Below, one piece after another: positions 21,001-31,132 of a stretch of 64,000 nt of DNA. The stretch comes from an uncultured delta proteobacterium (GTDB lineage Bacteria > Desulfobacterota > Desulfuromonadia > Geobacterales > Pseudopelobacteraceae). Location: positions 96,001 to 160,000 of the forward strand of contig CAVYYZ010000005.1 in NCBI GenBank assembly GCA_963772835.1. Direction: 5' to 3'. Below the pieces are notes generated by a model that was not told where the DNA came from, ran no database searches, and saw nothing but the letters and a program-made list of their open reading frames with translations. Position 1 is the first letter of the stretch; the number at the start of each line of letters is the position of its first letter. The position numbers and the translations under genes were made by a program.

Positions 21001-21491
21001 GCTTTGATAATGATTGGATAGCCGTGCTCTTTGGCAAATATCAGCGCATCCTCTTCTTTCTCAATCGGGCTTTCCGTTCCGGGTACAACATTAACTCCGG
21101 CGGCAATCGCCGCTCTTCTCCCCGAGACCTTGTCCCCAAGCGAGCGCATCATTTCGGCTGAAGGCCCGATAAAAGTTATACCGTTTACCCGGCACTCTTC
21201 GGCGAATTCGGCATTTTCGGCCAGAAATCCGTAGCCGGGATGGATTGCATCGACGTCTGCCTTAAGCGCCAGAGCGATGATCTCGTCGATGCCGAGGTAC
21301 GCATCGATCGGCGATTTTCCTTTACCGATCAGGTAGGCTTCGTCAGCTTTGTAGCGATGCAGTGAGAGCTTATCTTCTTCGGAATAGAGCGCCACCGTGC
21401 CGATACCAAGCTCAGTACAGGCCCGGAAGATACGGATGGCAATTTCACCTCTGTTGGCTGCCATAACTTTACGAAACCGGTATTTTTCCAT
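18042..21491 (-). CDS. pyc: Pyruvate carboxylase (single chain)
   Basis: Biotin carboxylase ANRGEIA/GGGGRGMR, carboxyltransferase RDAHQS/GGATFDV/HLHTHD, biotinyl AMKM. Confidence 0.97.
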   Translation of the reverse strand: MEKYRFRKVMAANRGEIAIRIFRACTELGIGTVALYSEEDKLSLHRYKADEAYLIGKGKSPIDAYLGIDEIIALALKADVDAIHPGYGFLAENAEFAEECRVNGITFIGPSAEMMRSLGDKVSGRRAAIAAGVNVVPGTESPIEKEEDALIFAKEHGYPIIIKASAGGGGRGMRVANNKKELLEGLVAASSEARASFGNPEIFLERYLAHPKHIEVQVLGDNYGNLVHFFDRDCSVQRRHQKVVEFAPSLSLTRAQREELCTAALKIAGHVKYRNAGTIEFLVDSEGKHYFIEMNPRIQVEHTVTEMITGRNLVQNQILVACGHKLSDPEINIPSQSAIDMRGYAIQCRITTEDPANNFAPDFGTLTTYRSAAGFGVRLDAGNAFTGAKITPHYDSLLVKICAWGLSFSEAANIMNRALQEFRVRGVKTNIGFLENVITHPVFLRGQCDTSFIEKHPELLRFREKQDRASKVLNFLGEVIVNGSPGVAKPLKSAELIEARVPHVDSNRPRPAGSKDLFMQLGAEGLSRWILEQKKLLITDTTMRDAHQSNLATRVRSYDLLKIAEPTSYLGADLFSLECWGGATFDVSMRFLKEDPWQRLHKLSELIPNILFQMLLRGSNAVGYTNYPDNVVQKFVEEAADSGVDVFRIFDSLNWTTGMKVAMDSVRRSGKICEAAICYTGDITDPKRDKYPLEYYVNMAKELEKMGAHILAIKDMAGLLKPLAAYKLVKALKENIGIPIHLHTHDTSSNGSAMLLKASEAGVDIVDAALSSLSGLTAQPNLNALVATLEGSERDPLVNAPGLQKLANYWETVRDYYSPFESGLKSGTAEVYHHEIPGGQYSNYKPQVAGLGLIERWDDCKEMYHKVNMMFGDIVKVTPSSKVVGDMSMFLVKNNLEPEDVFTSKEDLAFPESVVGMFKGMLGQPYQGWPQELQKIILKGEQPITCRPGELLEPVDFEEEKLKLEEKLGHRVDDRTLISSILYPNVYPEFDRHRQEFSDTSVIPTPIFFYGLEPGQETSLDIEPGKTLIIKLNTVGRVQSDGTRAVYFELNGNNRSVVIRDQSVQSDQMVREKAEKGNPSHIAAPMPGKVLKVNVKPGDIIKSGDVLMVTEAMKMETNIKAKADGAVADVKFKEGDKVEKEDLVIIIAE

Positions 21492-21634
21492 GTATAAATT
21501 CTCCTTGATGAATTTATTTAGCAAAACTAAAATTATTCAGTTATTTTAAATAGTTATGAACGATTACGTCGGCACTAAAACAGATTGATGCCGCTTTGTC
21601 AATTAGTAAGTGAGAATTTATTTTCTGAGGTTTT

Positions 21635-22249
21635 TTGCAGAAGGAATTTCGTTACCGTACACAAACCAGTTTTTCGTGCCGGGATTTTGGAGGATGCAGC
21701 TTATTGTGGTTGAAGTCCCCTGCATCTGTCTCTCCAGATCTTCGAGATCGCTACAAGACGGACGACATTGAGATCGCGTTAACGAGACTGGATGTGGATG
21801 TCGCCTTATCACAAGGAGAGAATCCACGAAATCTGAGACAAAGTATCGAAAGCGAACTTGCAGCTTACTTCAGCTCGTTTTGCGCGTCCGAAGAGCTTAT
21901 GGCACAGTCACAGTGGCTTACGTATTTCATCGATAAAGCGTTTTCTCCGGGTGACGTAGCCATCAGCTTGAACTATGATTGCGTACTGGAAGGTGCATTG
22001 GACTGCCGGGGGAAATGGTCACCAAATGAGGGATACGGCTCATCCTTAGACAACACATTCATGTGCGACGATAGAACTTCGAAGAGCCCAGTGACGGTGC
22101 TCAAAATCCACGGTTCCGCAAATTTTATAATTGCCCCCTATGCAGACAAGCCCACAGCCAGCGCGGTTAACTTTGTATTTGATGAGTACTTCTTCCCTCG
22201 TTCGGCAAAAAATACACACATTGGATACGGGGCTCGACATACATTATAA
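21635..22249 (+). pseudogene. SIR2-like (SIR2_2) domain gene fragment, truncated at both ends
   Basis: IEIALTRLD, ISLNYDCVLE, VLKIHGSANF; no N-terminal GAGxS and no C-terminal IGYS-type segment. Confidence 0.6.
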
Positions 22250-22782
22250 GTTTATAAATATGGCTGGTATGCTGCTGCTGAGGTTAAAGACTTGAGCAGA
22301 GTTGAGACATTGAAAAGTTAGCAGGTCGCGATCTCAACAAAGGCATACTTGGTCACTGTCCCTCGATATGCATGTGTACAGGACGTCGTTGAAAGATGAG
22401 AGCGGGAAAAGGAGTTCGCCAGATAGAGGAAGAAGATCTTCTTCCCGAAACATTCGATTTCGATTTAAGTCGCCTATCTGTGGCTCTCGAAGCACTTCAA
22501 AGCTTCCGCTTGAAGATCATTGATTGGCTGTATCCGGAATGAACGGGCCTACCTCGCCGTTAAAGTTGGACACTCTGCGGTGTAAGCCCCGAAGAGCGTA
22601 AAACGGGGTCGAATAACGCAGGGTCGTGTCTCAACCACTTACAAATATGGTTTAACAAACACTAAAAGTCAGATAGCTTCCGGAATACTGGACAGATAAA
22701 GTGTCGCCCTCCCCTTTTTCTCTGTCTTTTTACCACTTGATTTATAACACTAAGAACTATACTATTGTCAAGCAGAGGAAAT

Positions 22783-23166
22783 GTGAGGGTATTCAAAACA
22801 AAGTGGTTTGCGCGCCATGCGACTAAAGAAGGCATCGACGACGCAAAATTGGCGGAGGCTGTCCGGCAGATAGAAAAGGGGCTTATTGACGCCGACTATG
22901 GCGGAGGGATGATTAAACAACGAATCGCGCGGGAAGGCGGCGGAAAGAGCGGCGGCCACCGAAGCATCATTGCCTTTAAATCGGAAACGCGCAGCATCTT
23001 CTTTTATTCTTTTCCCAAAAGCAAAAAGGACAATCTCGACAATGCCGAGGTGAAGGAATACCGGGAAGCAACGGCAATATATCTTGGCTTAACCGACGCA
23101 CAAATTACACTGGCATTAGATAAAAAAGAACTTGTAGAGGTAGAATACAATGACGAAGAAATATAA
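22783..23166 (+). CDS. RelE/ParE-family (HigB-2-like) type II toxin
   Basis: MRVFKTKWFAR...DADYGGGMIKQRIAREGGGKSGGHRSI...FPKSKKDN; GTG start with GAGG RBS. Confidence 0.88.
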   Translation: MRVFKTKWFARHATKEGIDDAKLAEAVRQIEKGLIDADYGGGMIKQRIAREGGGKSGGHRSIIAFKSETRSIFFYSFPKSKKDNLDNAEVKEYREATAIYLGLTDAQITLALDKKELVEVEYNDEEI

Positions 23167-23470
23167 AAGCGAAGCGCTCGCGGCGCTCCACGAATCCATG
23201 CAGGGTTTACACGACATAGGCATTGTGCCGGCAAAAACGATGCGACGCTTTGACGCATCGTGCCTTGCACCGATTGAGGACATGAAGCCGGAAGAAATAG
23301 TTGAAGTTAGAAACAAAGCCGGGGTAAGTCAGGCTGTCTTTGCCCGTTATTTACGTGTGTCTCTTGGAACCGTCAGCAAGTGGGAACGGGGCGAGAAACA
23401 CCCAAGCGGTCCGGCCATTACATTACTTAATATAGTCAAGAGGAAGGGTTTAGAGTCCATCTACGCTTAA
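23150..23470 (+). CDS. XRE-HTH antitoxin (HigA-2-like)
   Basis: Overlaps the toxin stop; SQAVFARYL...VSKWERGEKHPSGPA. Confidence 0.88.
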   Translation: MTKKYKSEALAALHESMQGLHDIGIVPAKTMRRFDASCLAPIEDMKPEEIVEVRNKAGVSQAVFARYLRVSLGTVSKWERGEKHPSGPAITLLNIVKRKGLESIYA

Positions 23471-23651
23471 ACCTGCCGTTTTATGGTTTTTTATGAATTG
23501 GCAGGAGAGAAAGCCGTACACTGTTTGATCACGCGAAGCAATTAATGCTTGAAGTGGCAGTAACTCCCTCTGCATAAGCTTTTTCATCTTGCCGCAATTA
23601 TCCGAATATGGTAGGTACAGCAAACGTTCAGACAGATAAATGAGGTGAATC

Positions 23652-24725
23652 ATGGATATAAAAATTGTGCCGTTGCCAGCTGAGAAGATGAAATCAAAAA
23701 TTTCTGACCAGTCGCAACTGGGCTTTGGCAAATACTTCACCGATCGGATGCTTATAGTAGAATGGAAGGCAGATCAGGGATGGTGTGACGCCCGCATCGA
23801 ACCATACGGCCCCTTCATACTTGACCCGTCCTGTTCGGTGTTCCATTATGCCCAGGAAATATTTGAAGGGCTCAAGGCCTATAAGTGGACTGACGGACGC
23901 GTGGCCCTGTTCCGCCCCGAGATGAACGCCCGCCGCTTCAATCAGTCCGGTGACCGCATCTGTATGCCGGAAGTGCCGGAAGAACTGTTCCTTGACGGCA
24001 TAAAAAAACTGGTTGCGCTGGAGCAGGAGTGGATTCCGACCACTGACGGCACGTCACTCTATATCCGTCCGGCCATGATTGCCGTGGAACCGTTTTTGGG
24101 AGTTCATCCTTCGAATCACTATTATTTCTTCGTCATCCTCTCCCCGGTGGGCGCCTATTACGCTGCCGGATTCAACCCGATAAACATCATGGTGGAGGAT
24201 CATTATGTCCGTGCCGTACCGGGGGGAACAGGCGAAGCCAAAACCGGCGGAAACTATGCAAGCTCGCTGAAAGCCGGGCTTGAAGCAAAGAAAAAAGGGT
24301 ACGATCAGGTGCTCTGGCTGGATGGCCGGGAGCGTCGCTTTATTGAAGAAGTCGGTGCCATGAATATGTTTTTTGCCTACGGCAATCATATCGTGACCGC
24401 CCCGTTAACCGGCTCGATCCTGTCGGGCGTAACGCGTGATTCAGTACTTAAACTGGCTCCGACACTTGGCTTTACAGTTGAAGAACGGCAGATTGATGTT
24501 AACGATCTGATGGCTGATATCCGTTCCGGCAAAGTCACAGAAGCGTTCGGCAGCGGTACGGCAGCGGTCATCACACCGGTCGGAAAACTCTGCTACAAGG
24601 ACGAAGTTCTGCAGCTGACCGGCGGCAGAGTTGGAAAAATCACTCAGCGACTGTATGACACACTGACCGGAATACAGACAGGTAAACTGAATGATGCGTT
24701 CGGTTGGGTTCGTTTTGTCGAGTAA
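23652..24725 (+). CDS. ilvE: Branched-chain amino acid aminotransferase
   Basis: LGFGKYFTD, HYAQEIFEGLKAY, AKTGGNY, EEVGAMN, ILSGVTR, GTAAVI. Confidence 0.95.
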   Translation: MDIKIVPLPAEKMKSKISDQSQLGFGKYFTDRMLIVEWKADQGWCDARIEPYGPFILDPSCSVFHYAQEIFEGLKAYKWTDGRVALFRPEMNARRFNQSGDRICMPEVPEELFLDGIKKLVALEQEWIPTTDGTSLYIRPAMIAVEPFLGVHPSNHYYFFVILSPVGAYYAAGFNPINIMVEDHYVRAVPGGTGEAKTGGNYASSLKAGLEAKKKGYDQVLWLDGRERRFIEEVGAMNMFFAYGNHIVTAPLTGSILSGVTRDSVLKLAPTLGFTVEERQIDVNDLMADIRSGKVTEAFGSGTAAVITPVGKLCYKDEVLQLTGGRVGKITQRLYDTLTGIQTGKLNDAFGWVRFVE

Positions 24726-24735
24726 ACCACGTTTC

Positions 24736-24764
24736 GTAGGAGCGGGTTTGAAGCCCGCTCCTAC
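24736..24764. repeat. GTAG-type REP-like palindrome (may double as the ilvE terminator)
   Basis: GTAGGAGCGGG-tttgaag-CCCGCTCCTAC, perfect 11-bp arms; single copy in this window. Confidence 0.7.
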
Positions 24765-24778
24765 ATGGATACGTCTCC

Positions 24779-24958
24779 ATGCCACCAAAGAAAAGTCAAC
24801 AGACCAAATCAACTGTAAACAAGCTCTGCACATCCTGCCGCCGGACCTGTAAGCAGGTGGCGAATGCCGTCGTTGCCAAATGCCCCCGCTATTATCCCTT
24901 TAACCGCAAACTGACAAACCGTGAGTTCACGTGGAAGCAGATGGATCTGGGGCTGTAG
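24779..24958 (+). CDS. Small Cys-rich protein, 59 aa (not in ORF track)
   Basis: MPPKKSQQTKSTVNKLCTSCRRTCKQVANAVVAKCPRYYPFNRKLTNREFTWKQMDLGL*; fills the ilvE-ferredoxin gap. Confidence 0.7.
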   Translation: MPPKKSQQTKSTVNKLCTSCRRTCKQVANAVVAKCPRYYPFNRKLTNREFTWKQMDLGL

Positions 24959-24963
24959 CGATT

Positions 24964-25146
24964 GTGCCGACTGTCAACGTGGCGCTCTGCAGCGGATGTG
25001 GTCGATGCGTGGCTGCCTGTCCTGAAAAAATAATCTCCCTGGAAACAATACAGTTTCATAAAAATGCCGTGATTATGTCCCCTGAGCATTGCAACTCCTG
25101 CGGGCGCTGTATTGAGGCCTGCCCGGTTGCAGCCCTTATACTGTGA
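24964..25146 (+). CDS. 2x[4Fe-4S] ferredoxin
   Basis: CSGCGRCVAACP and CNSCGRCIEACP; start 24964 (GTG) or 24931. Confidence 0.9.
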   Translation: MPTVNVALCSGCGRCVAACPEKIISLETIQFHKNAVIMSPEHCNSCGRCIEACPVAALIL

Positions 25147-25160
25147 ATATCTATTTTCAC

Positions 25161-25190
25161 TTGATTTTACTAACCGCAGTATGCTATAAA
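25161..25190 (+). promoter_or_regulatory. sigma-70 promoter of rpsB-tsf
   Basis: TTGATT-N18-TATAAA with extended -10 TG. Confidence 0.6.
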
Positions 25191-25199
25191 ATTCCGCTA

Positions 25200-25291
25200 T
25201 TCAATTCACACGCCTCGGTAGATCCGGTGGTGTCCCTTTCTGTTAGATGTCAGGGATTCGACGGGGCGGAGGAAAACCAAAGGAGAAACAC
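25200..25291 (+). ncRNA. rpsB 5' leader (S2 autoregulatory / t44-like element)
   Basis: CACACGC...GGTG...GCGGAGG..AACC pattern in a ~90-nt leader directly before rpsB. Confidence 0.55.
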
Positions 25292-26056
25292 ATGTCCAGT
25301 ATCAGCATGAAAGAACTGCTCGAAGCCGGTGTCCACTTCGGTCACCAGACAAAACGTTGGAACCCAAAGATGAAACCCTACATTTTCGGGGCACGTAACG
25401 GAATTTACATCATCGATCTGCAGAAAACCGTCCGCTACTTCAAAACCGCCTACAGCTTTGTCAAGGAATCCGCTCAGGATGGCTGCACCGTTCTGTTTGT
25501 CGGCACAAAAAAACAGGCCCAGGATTCTGTCGCTGAAGAAGCAGCCCGCTGCGGCATGCATTACGTTAATCAGCGCTGGCTCGGTGGCATGCTGACTAAC
25601 TTTGCCACCGTTAAACAGAGTATTGACCGTCTCAAGAAGATAGACGCCATGTTCGAAGACGGCACTATCGAAGCCTACACAAAAAAAGAGGCACTTCAGT
25701 TTACCCGCGACCGCGAAAAACTGCAAAAGACTCTGGGCGGAATCAAAACGATGAACAAGCTCCCCGGCGTCATGTTTGTCATTGACCCGAAAAACGAAGA
25801 AATTGCCGTACAGGAAGCTAACAAACTTGGCATTCCCGTCGTCGCTGTCGTAGATACAAACTGCGATCCTGACCCGATTGACTATGTCATACCAGGCAAC
25901 GATGACGCTATCCGCGCCATCCGCTTACTCTCGGCAAAAATGGCCGATGCTGTCCTCGAAGGTATTCAGGCACGCCGAACAGCTCTGCAGACTGATACCG
26001 AGGGCACAGAAGAATACGCACCTGAAGAGGTTGCAGCAGAAGTAACCGCCGAGTAA
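25292..26056 (+). CDS. rpsB: 30S ribosomal protein S2
   Basis: [37 protein letters not shown]. Confidence 0.98.
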   Translation: MSSISMKELLEAGVHFGHQTKRWNPKMKPYIFGARNGIYIIDLQKTVRYFKTAYSFVKESAQDGCTVLFVGTKKQAQDSVAEEAARCGMHYVNQRWLGGMLTNFATVKQSIDRLKKIDAMFEDGTIEAYTKKEALQFTRDREKLQKTLGGIKTMNKLPGVMFVIDPKNEEIAVQEANKLGIPVVAVVDTNCDPDPIDYVIPGNDDAIRAIRLLSAKMADAVLEGIQARRTALQTDTEGTEEYAPEEVAAEVTAE

Positions 26057-26102
26057 GTCAAAAATTTAAATATACCTGTTGTGACAGGATAGGAGAATAG
26101 AA

Positions 26103-27038
26103 ATGGCTGTAACAGCTGCGCAGATATCAGAATTAAGAAAATCAACCGGCGCTGGAATGCTGGACTGCAAAAAGGCGCTTGAACAGACTGACGGGAATTT
26201 TGAGCAGGCAGTGGATTTCCTTCGTACAAAAGGACTTGCAGCCGCATCCAAAAAAGCCGGTCGTGCTGCGACTGAAGGCATGGTTGCTGCTGCCGTGTCT
26301 ACGGACGGCGATAAAGGTATTTTGCTTGAGATCAACAGTGAAACTGACTTCGTCGCTAAAAACGAGAAGTTCCAAGGGTTTGTAAAAGACATCGCAAACC
26401 ATATTCTGCTTGCTAACCCTGCATCTGTTGAGGAACTCTTCGCACAGCCATACTGTGGTGACAGCAGCAAGACCATCCAGACCATGCTGAATGAAGCTAT
26501 TTCCGTCATCGGCGAAAACCTCCAGATTCGACGTTTCAGCAGCTATGCCGTCTCTGGTGCCGGAGCAATCGGGTACTATATTCACGCTGGTGGTAAAATA
26601 GGTGTACTTGTGGAGGCAACCTGCGACAATGCTTCTGCCGCCAAAGACCCTCGTTTTGCCGCGTTTGTCAAGGATGTTGCAATGCACACCGCAGCGGCTT
26701 CGCCGCTGTATGTTCAGCGCAGCGAAGTTGATCCTGCAGTGCTTGAGCGGGAGAAAGACATCTATCGTGCCAAGGCACGTGAGACCGGCAAGCCTGAAAA
26801 CATCGTCGAAAAGATTATCGACGGCCAGGTCAACAAGTTCTACGCCGAGATTTGCCTGCTTGAGCAGCAGTTTGTCAAAGACACAGACAAGACCATCAAG
26901 CAATTTGCCGTTGAAACCGGCAAAGCGCTTGGCACTGTAATTACTGTTACCCGTTTCACAAAATATGCCCTCGGAGAGGGTTTGGAAAAGAAGGAATGTG
27001 ACTTTGCCGCCGAGGTGGCGGCAGTAGCCGGTCTCTAA
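26103..27038 (+). CDS. tsf: Elongation factor Ts
   Basis: [35 protein letters not shown]. Confidence 0.98.
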   Translation: MAVTAAQISELRKSTGAGMLDCKKALEQTDGNFEQAVDFLRTKGLAAASKKAGRAATEGMVAAAVSTDGDKGILLEINSETDFVAKNEKFQGFVKDIANHILLANPASVEELFAQPYCGDSSKTIQTMLNEAISVIGENLQIRRFSSYAVSGAGAIGYYIHAGGKIGVLVEATCDNASAAKDPRFAAFVKDVAMHTAAASPLYVQRSEVDPAVLEREKDIYRAKARETGKPENIVEKIIDGQVNKFYAEICLLEQQFVKDTDKTIKQFAVETGKALGTVITVTRFTKYALGEGLEKKECDFAAEVAAVAGL

Positions 27039-27048
27039 CTCTTCATCG

Positions 27049-27078
27049 AAGCCGGCCTGAAATGGCCGGCTTTTTTTT
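27049..27078 (+). terminator. Rho-independent terminator after tsf
   Basis: AAGCCGGCC-tgaaat-GGCCGGC followed by T8. Confidence 0.85.
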
Positions 27079-27120
27079 ATTCTTTTCTTGTTGGTACATA
27101 TATTTCCCGTTATTTTATAA

Positions 27121-27870
<750 letters not shown>

Positions 27871-27872
27871 AT

Positions 27873-28430
27873 ATGCCGAAGAACGTGCTCGACGACATGA
27901 AGATTCACATGGAAAAAACGGTGGGGGTCCTTAAAAACGAATTTCAGAAGATTCGTACCGGACGTGCAACGACAGGTATTCTTGACTCTATTACCATTGA
28001 TTATTACGGAAACACTTCCTCGTTAAGCCAGGTTGCAACCCTGGCTATTCCAGAGGCACGCACTATCACCATTACGCCATGGGAATCAAAAATGATCGGA
28101 CCGATTGAAAAGGCAATCTTGAATGCCAATCTCGGCCTGACTCCGGGTAACGATGGCAAATCTATTCGCCTTAATCTCCCGCCTCTTACGGAGGAACGCC
28201 GCAAAGAAATCGTAAAAGGGCTCAAAAAGAAGGCTGAAGAGGACAAAATAGCTATCAGGAACATTCGTCGTGATGCGATTGATAAACTGAAAAAGCTGGA
28301 AAAAGACAAGGCTATAACTGAAGATGAGTTAAAAAAATACGAAAAAGATGTTCAGGACATTACAAAGAATTTTGAGCAGAAGATGGATGAGGCGGTTGCA
28401 CATAAGGAAAAAGAGGTTTTGGAAGTCTGA
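27873..28430 (+). CDS. frr: Ribosome recycling factor
   Basis: IRTGRA, PPLTEERRKE, IRNIRRD. Confidence 0.97.
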   Translation: MPKNVLDDMKIHMEKTVGVLKNEFQKIRTGRATTGILDSITIDYYGNTSSLSQVATLAIPEARTITITPWESKMIGPIEKAILNANLGLTPGNDGKSIRLNLPPLTEERRKEIVKGLKKKAEEDKIAIRNIRRDAIDKLKKLEKDKAITEDELKKYEKDVQDITKNFEQKMDEAVAHKEKEVLEV

Positions 28431-29185
28431 TGACGCCCCTTGACCCGCAAAAACTGCCGGTTCATCTGGCTGTTATTATGGATGGCAACGGCCGCTGGGC
28501 ACAGCAGCGTATGCTGAAGCGGATTGTCGGCCATCAACGCGGAGCTGAAACGGTAAAAATGGTGGTTGAGCAGGCATCCATGCTCGGAATCAAATACCTG
28601 ACGCTGTTTGCCTTCTCATCGGAGAACTGGTCACGACCGGTGCTGGAAGTGCGTGCTTTGATGACGCTTCTCAAAAAGTATATACGTCAGGAAACCGCGC
28701 GCATGATTCGCAAGAACATCCGCTATAATGTCATTGGCAACCGGAGTGAACTGCCGGACGACGTCAACGAAACGCTGGATCAGGCCATTCGCAAGACCGC
28801 TATGAACACCGGCATGGTATTGACACTGGCCCTCTCCTACGGCGGTCGGCAGGAGTTGTGCCGCGCAGCTTCGCACTTTGCACAGGATGTAGCAGCCGGT
28901 AAATTGTCTGCTGACGACATTACCACTGAGCTTTTCGACAGTTATCTTGATACCGGCGGCCTGCCTGATCCCGATTTTCTGATTCGTACCAGCGGAGAAA
29001 TGCGTATCAGCAACTTTCTGCTTTGGCAGCTTGCCTATACCGAACTCTATTTCACCGACACTAACTGGCCTGATTTCACCATTAATGAACTTCACAAAGC
29101 ACTGGCTGATTTCCAGTCACGCGAACGGCGTTTCGGAATGACAGGTGATCAGATAATACAAAGGGGCAACCTATCAAACGCCTGA
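28430..29185 (+). CDS. uppS: Undecaprenyl diphosphate synthase
   Basis: HLAVIMDGNGRWA, FSSENWSRP, IRTSGEMRISNFLLWQ. Confidence 0.96.
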   Translation: MTPLDPQKLPVHLAVIMDGNGRWAQQRMLKRIVGHQRGAETVKMVVEQASMLGIKYLTLFAFSSENWSRPVLEVRALMTLLKKYIRQETARMIRKNIRYNVIGNRSELPDDVNETLDQAIRKTAMNTGMVLTLALSYGGRQELCRAASHFAQDVAAGKLSADDITTELFDSYLDTGGLPDPDFLIRTSGEMRISNFLLWQLAYTELYFTDTNWPDFTINELHKALADFQSRERRFGMTGDQIIQRGNLSNA

Positions 29186-29967
29186 TCTCAGCGATCATTC
29201 TGTTGCCAATCGTCATCCTGACTGTCCTGAGGGGTGGCACACTTCTTCTCGCCTGCCTTCTTGCTCTGCTTTCCGCCGTAGGAATTTCCGAATTCTATCG
29301 CATGGCTCTACCGGAACGGAAACTGGAGCACTGGCTGGCTGCATTGGCCGGTTCAGCACTTGTCTTTATACCTTTTGCCGGCAATGACAGAATATTTGTC
29401 TCCGGTATCGGACTGCTTTTTATCGGATTTGCCCTGCTGTTCCTGTTCCGTGTCCGCTCGATTGATTCGGCTGCCAGCGAAGTTGCATTGGCCCTTCTCG
29501 CGTTTCTCTATATCCCGTTCATGCTGATGCACCTTGTCATGCTGCGCCAGACACCTTTCGGCATCCAGTGGCTGTTTGTTATCATGCTGATCGTTATGAC
29601 CAATGACTCGGCGGCATACTATACCGGCAGTGCTTTTGGCAAAAACCGCCTGTACCCTCTGGTCAGCCCCAAGAAAAGTATCGAGGGCGCTATCGGCGGT
29701 CTGGCTGGCAGTCTCTGCGGCACTCTTCTGGCAAAATTCACATTTTTTCCGCAATTGACATTGACAGATGCAGTTATGACGGCTCTCGTTATCGGCGTGG
29801 TCGGCCAGACCGGTGATCTGTTTGAATCACTGCTGAAACGGAGTTTTGGCGTCAAGGATTCCGGTACACTCATTCCGGGGCATGGCGGCGTGCTTGACCG
29901 CCTTGACAGTATTCTCTTCGCCGCTCCGGTTACCTACTATTACGTTCTCTTCTTTTTCAAAGGCTGA
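29173..29967 (+). CDS. cdsA: Phosphatidate cytidylyltransferase (probable ATC start at 29173; first canonical start is TTG 29203)
   Basis: DSAAYYTG, SPKKSIEG, KDSGTLIPGHGGVLDRLDS. Confidence 0.93.
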   Translation: MKRLISAIILLPIVILTVLRGGTLLLACLLALLSAVGISEFYRMALPERKLEHWLAALAGSALVFIPFAGNDRIFVSGIGLLFIGFALLFLFRVRSIDSAASEVALALLAFLYIPFMLMHLVMLRQTPFGIQWLFVIMLIVMTNDSAAYYTGSAFGKNRLYPLVSPKKSIEGAIGGLAGSLCGTLLAKFTFFPQLTLTDAVMTALVIGVVGQTGDLFESLLKRSFGVKDSGTLIPGHGGVLDRLDSILFAAPVTYYYVLFFFKG

Positions 29968-29970
29968 CCC

Positions 29971-31131
29971 ATGAAAAACATCACCATTCTTGGTTCAACC
30001 GGGTCGATCGGAGTCAGCACACTCGAAATTGTCAGCGACCATCCAGACAGATTCCGCGTTGTAGCCATGACTGCCGGGAAAAATCTTGAGCTGCTTGCAC
30101 GGCAGATCAGACAATTTGCCCCCCGGATCGCGGTCGTGGCCTCGCCTGAAGATGTTCCCCGCATGAAGAAGCTCTGCAGCGGTCTGGATGTTACGGTTCT
30201 GGGTGGAGTGGAAGGATTGATTGCAGCTGCGACAGCTGATGAAACTGAGATGGTGGTGGCAGCAATTGTCGGGGCCGCCGGTCTTATACCAACAGCCGCG
30301 GCAATAAGAGCCCGCAAGGATATTGCCCTCGCTAATAAGGAAATTCTTGTTACGGCCGGGCACCTCTTCATGGATCTGATTTCAGAGTTCGATGTAAGGC
30401 TTTTTCCGGTAGACAGCGAGCATAGCGCCGTCTTTCAATCGATGGAGGGGCACCGTAGCGAGGATATACACAAAATCATTCTGACCGCATCAGGCGGTCC
30501 ATTTTTAAACACTCCGGCCACTCAGATGCCAAAAGTCACTGTGCGTGATGCTCTCAACCATCCTAACTGGAACATGGGTAAGAAAATTACCATCGATTCG
30601 GCCACAATGATGAACAAAGGGCTGGAAGTTATTGAGGCTCGCTGGTTATTCAACACTCCAGTCGAGAAGATTCTGGTCAACATCCACCCCCAGAGCATTA
30701 TTCACTCAATGGTTGAGTACATTGACGGTTGCGTCATTGCCCAGCTCGGCACGCCGGACATGAAGGCCCCCATTGCCTATGCTCTGGCTTATCCAGAGAG
30801 AATAACGACCGGCGTCAGGCCTCTGGATCTGACAGCCTTAACCGGACTTACCTTTTTTAACCCGGATATTGAAAAGTTCCGCTGTCTGGGGCTCGCGTAT
30901 CGCGCCATTTCGTCTGGAGAAAGCATGCCTGCCGTTATGAATGCCGCCAACGAAATTGCCGTCGCTGAATTTCTTGGGGGGCGCATCTGTTTTACTCAGA
31001 TTGCAGAGACAATTGAACGCACAATGGATGCCCACACTTCACACAATCTAAGTTCAATCGAAGAAGTACTCAAGGCTGACCTCTGGGGCAGAGAATCGGC
31101 CCGCGAAATATGTAAGGAGATGGGATACTGA
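29971..31131 (+). CDS. dxr: 1-deoxy-D-xylulose-5-phosphate reductoisomerase
   Basis: [42 protein letters not shown]. Confidence 0.97.
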   Translation: MKNITILGSTGSIGVSTLEIVSDHPDRFRVVAMTAGKNLELLARQIRQFAPRIAVVASPEDVPRMKKLCSGLDVTVLGGVEGLIAAATADETEMVVAAIVGAAGLIPTAAAIRARKDIALANKEILVTAGHLFMDLISEFDVRLFPVDSEHSAVFQSMEGHRSEDIHKIILTASGGPFLNTPATQMPKVTVRDALNHPNWNMGKKITIDSATMMNKGLEVIEARWLFNTPVEKILVNIHPQSIIHSMVEYIDGCVIAQLGTPDMKAPIAYALAYPERITTGVRPLDLTALTGLTFFNPDIEKFRCLGLAYRAISSGESMPAVMNAANEIAVAEFLGGRICFTQIAETIERTMDAHTSHNLSSIEEVLKADLWGRESAREICKEMGY

Positions 31132-31132
31132 T

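Noticed and set aside
22230..22700. Possible integron attC sites or a c-di-GMP riboswitch in the islet
   Set aside because: No paired RYYYAAC/GTTRRRY with L boxes, no GEMM consensus, no integron integrase
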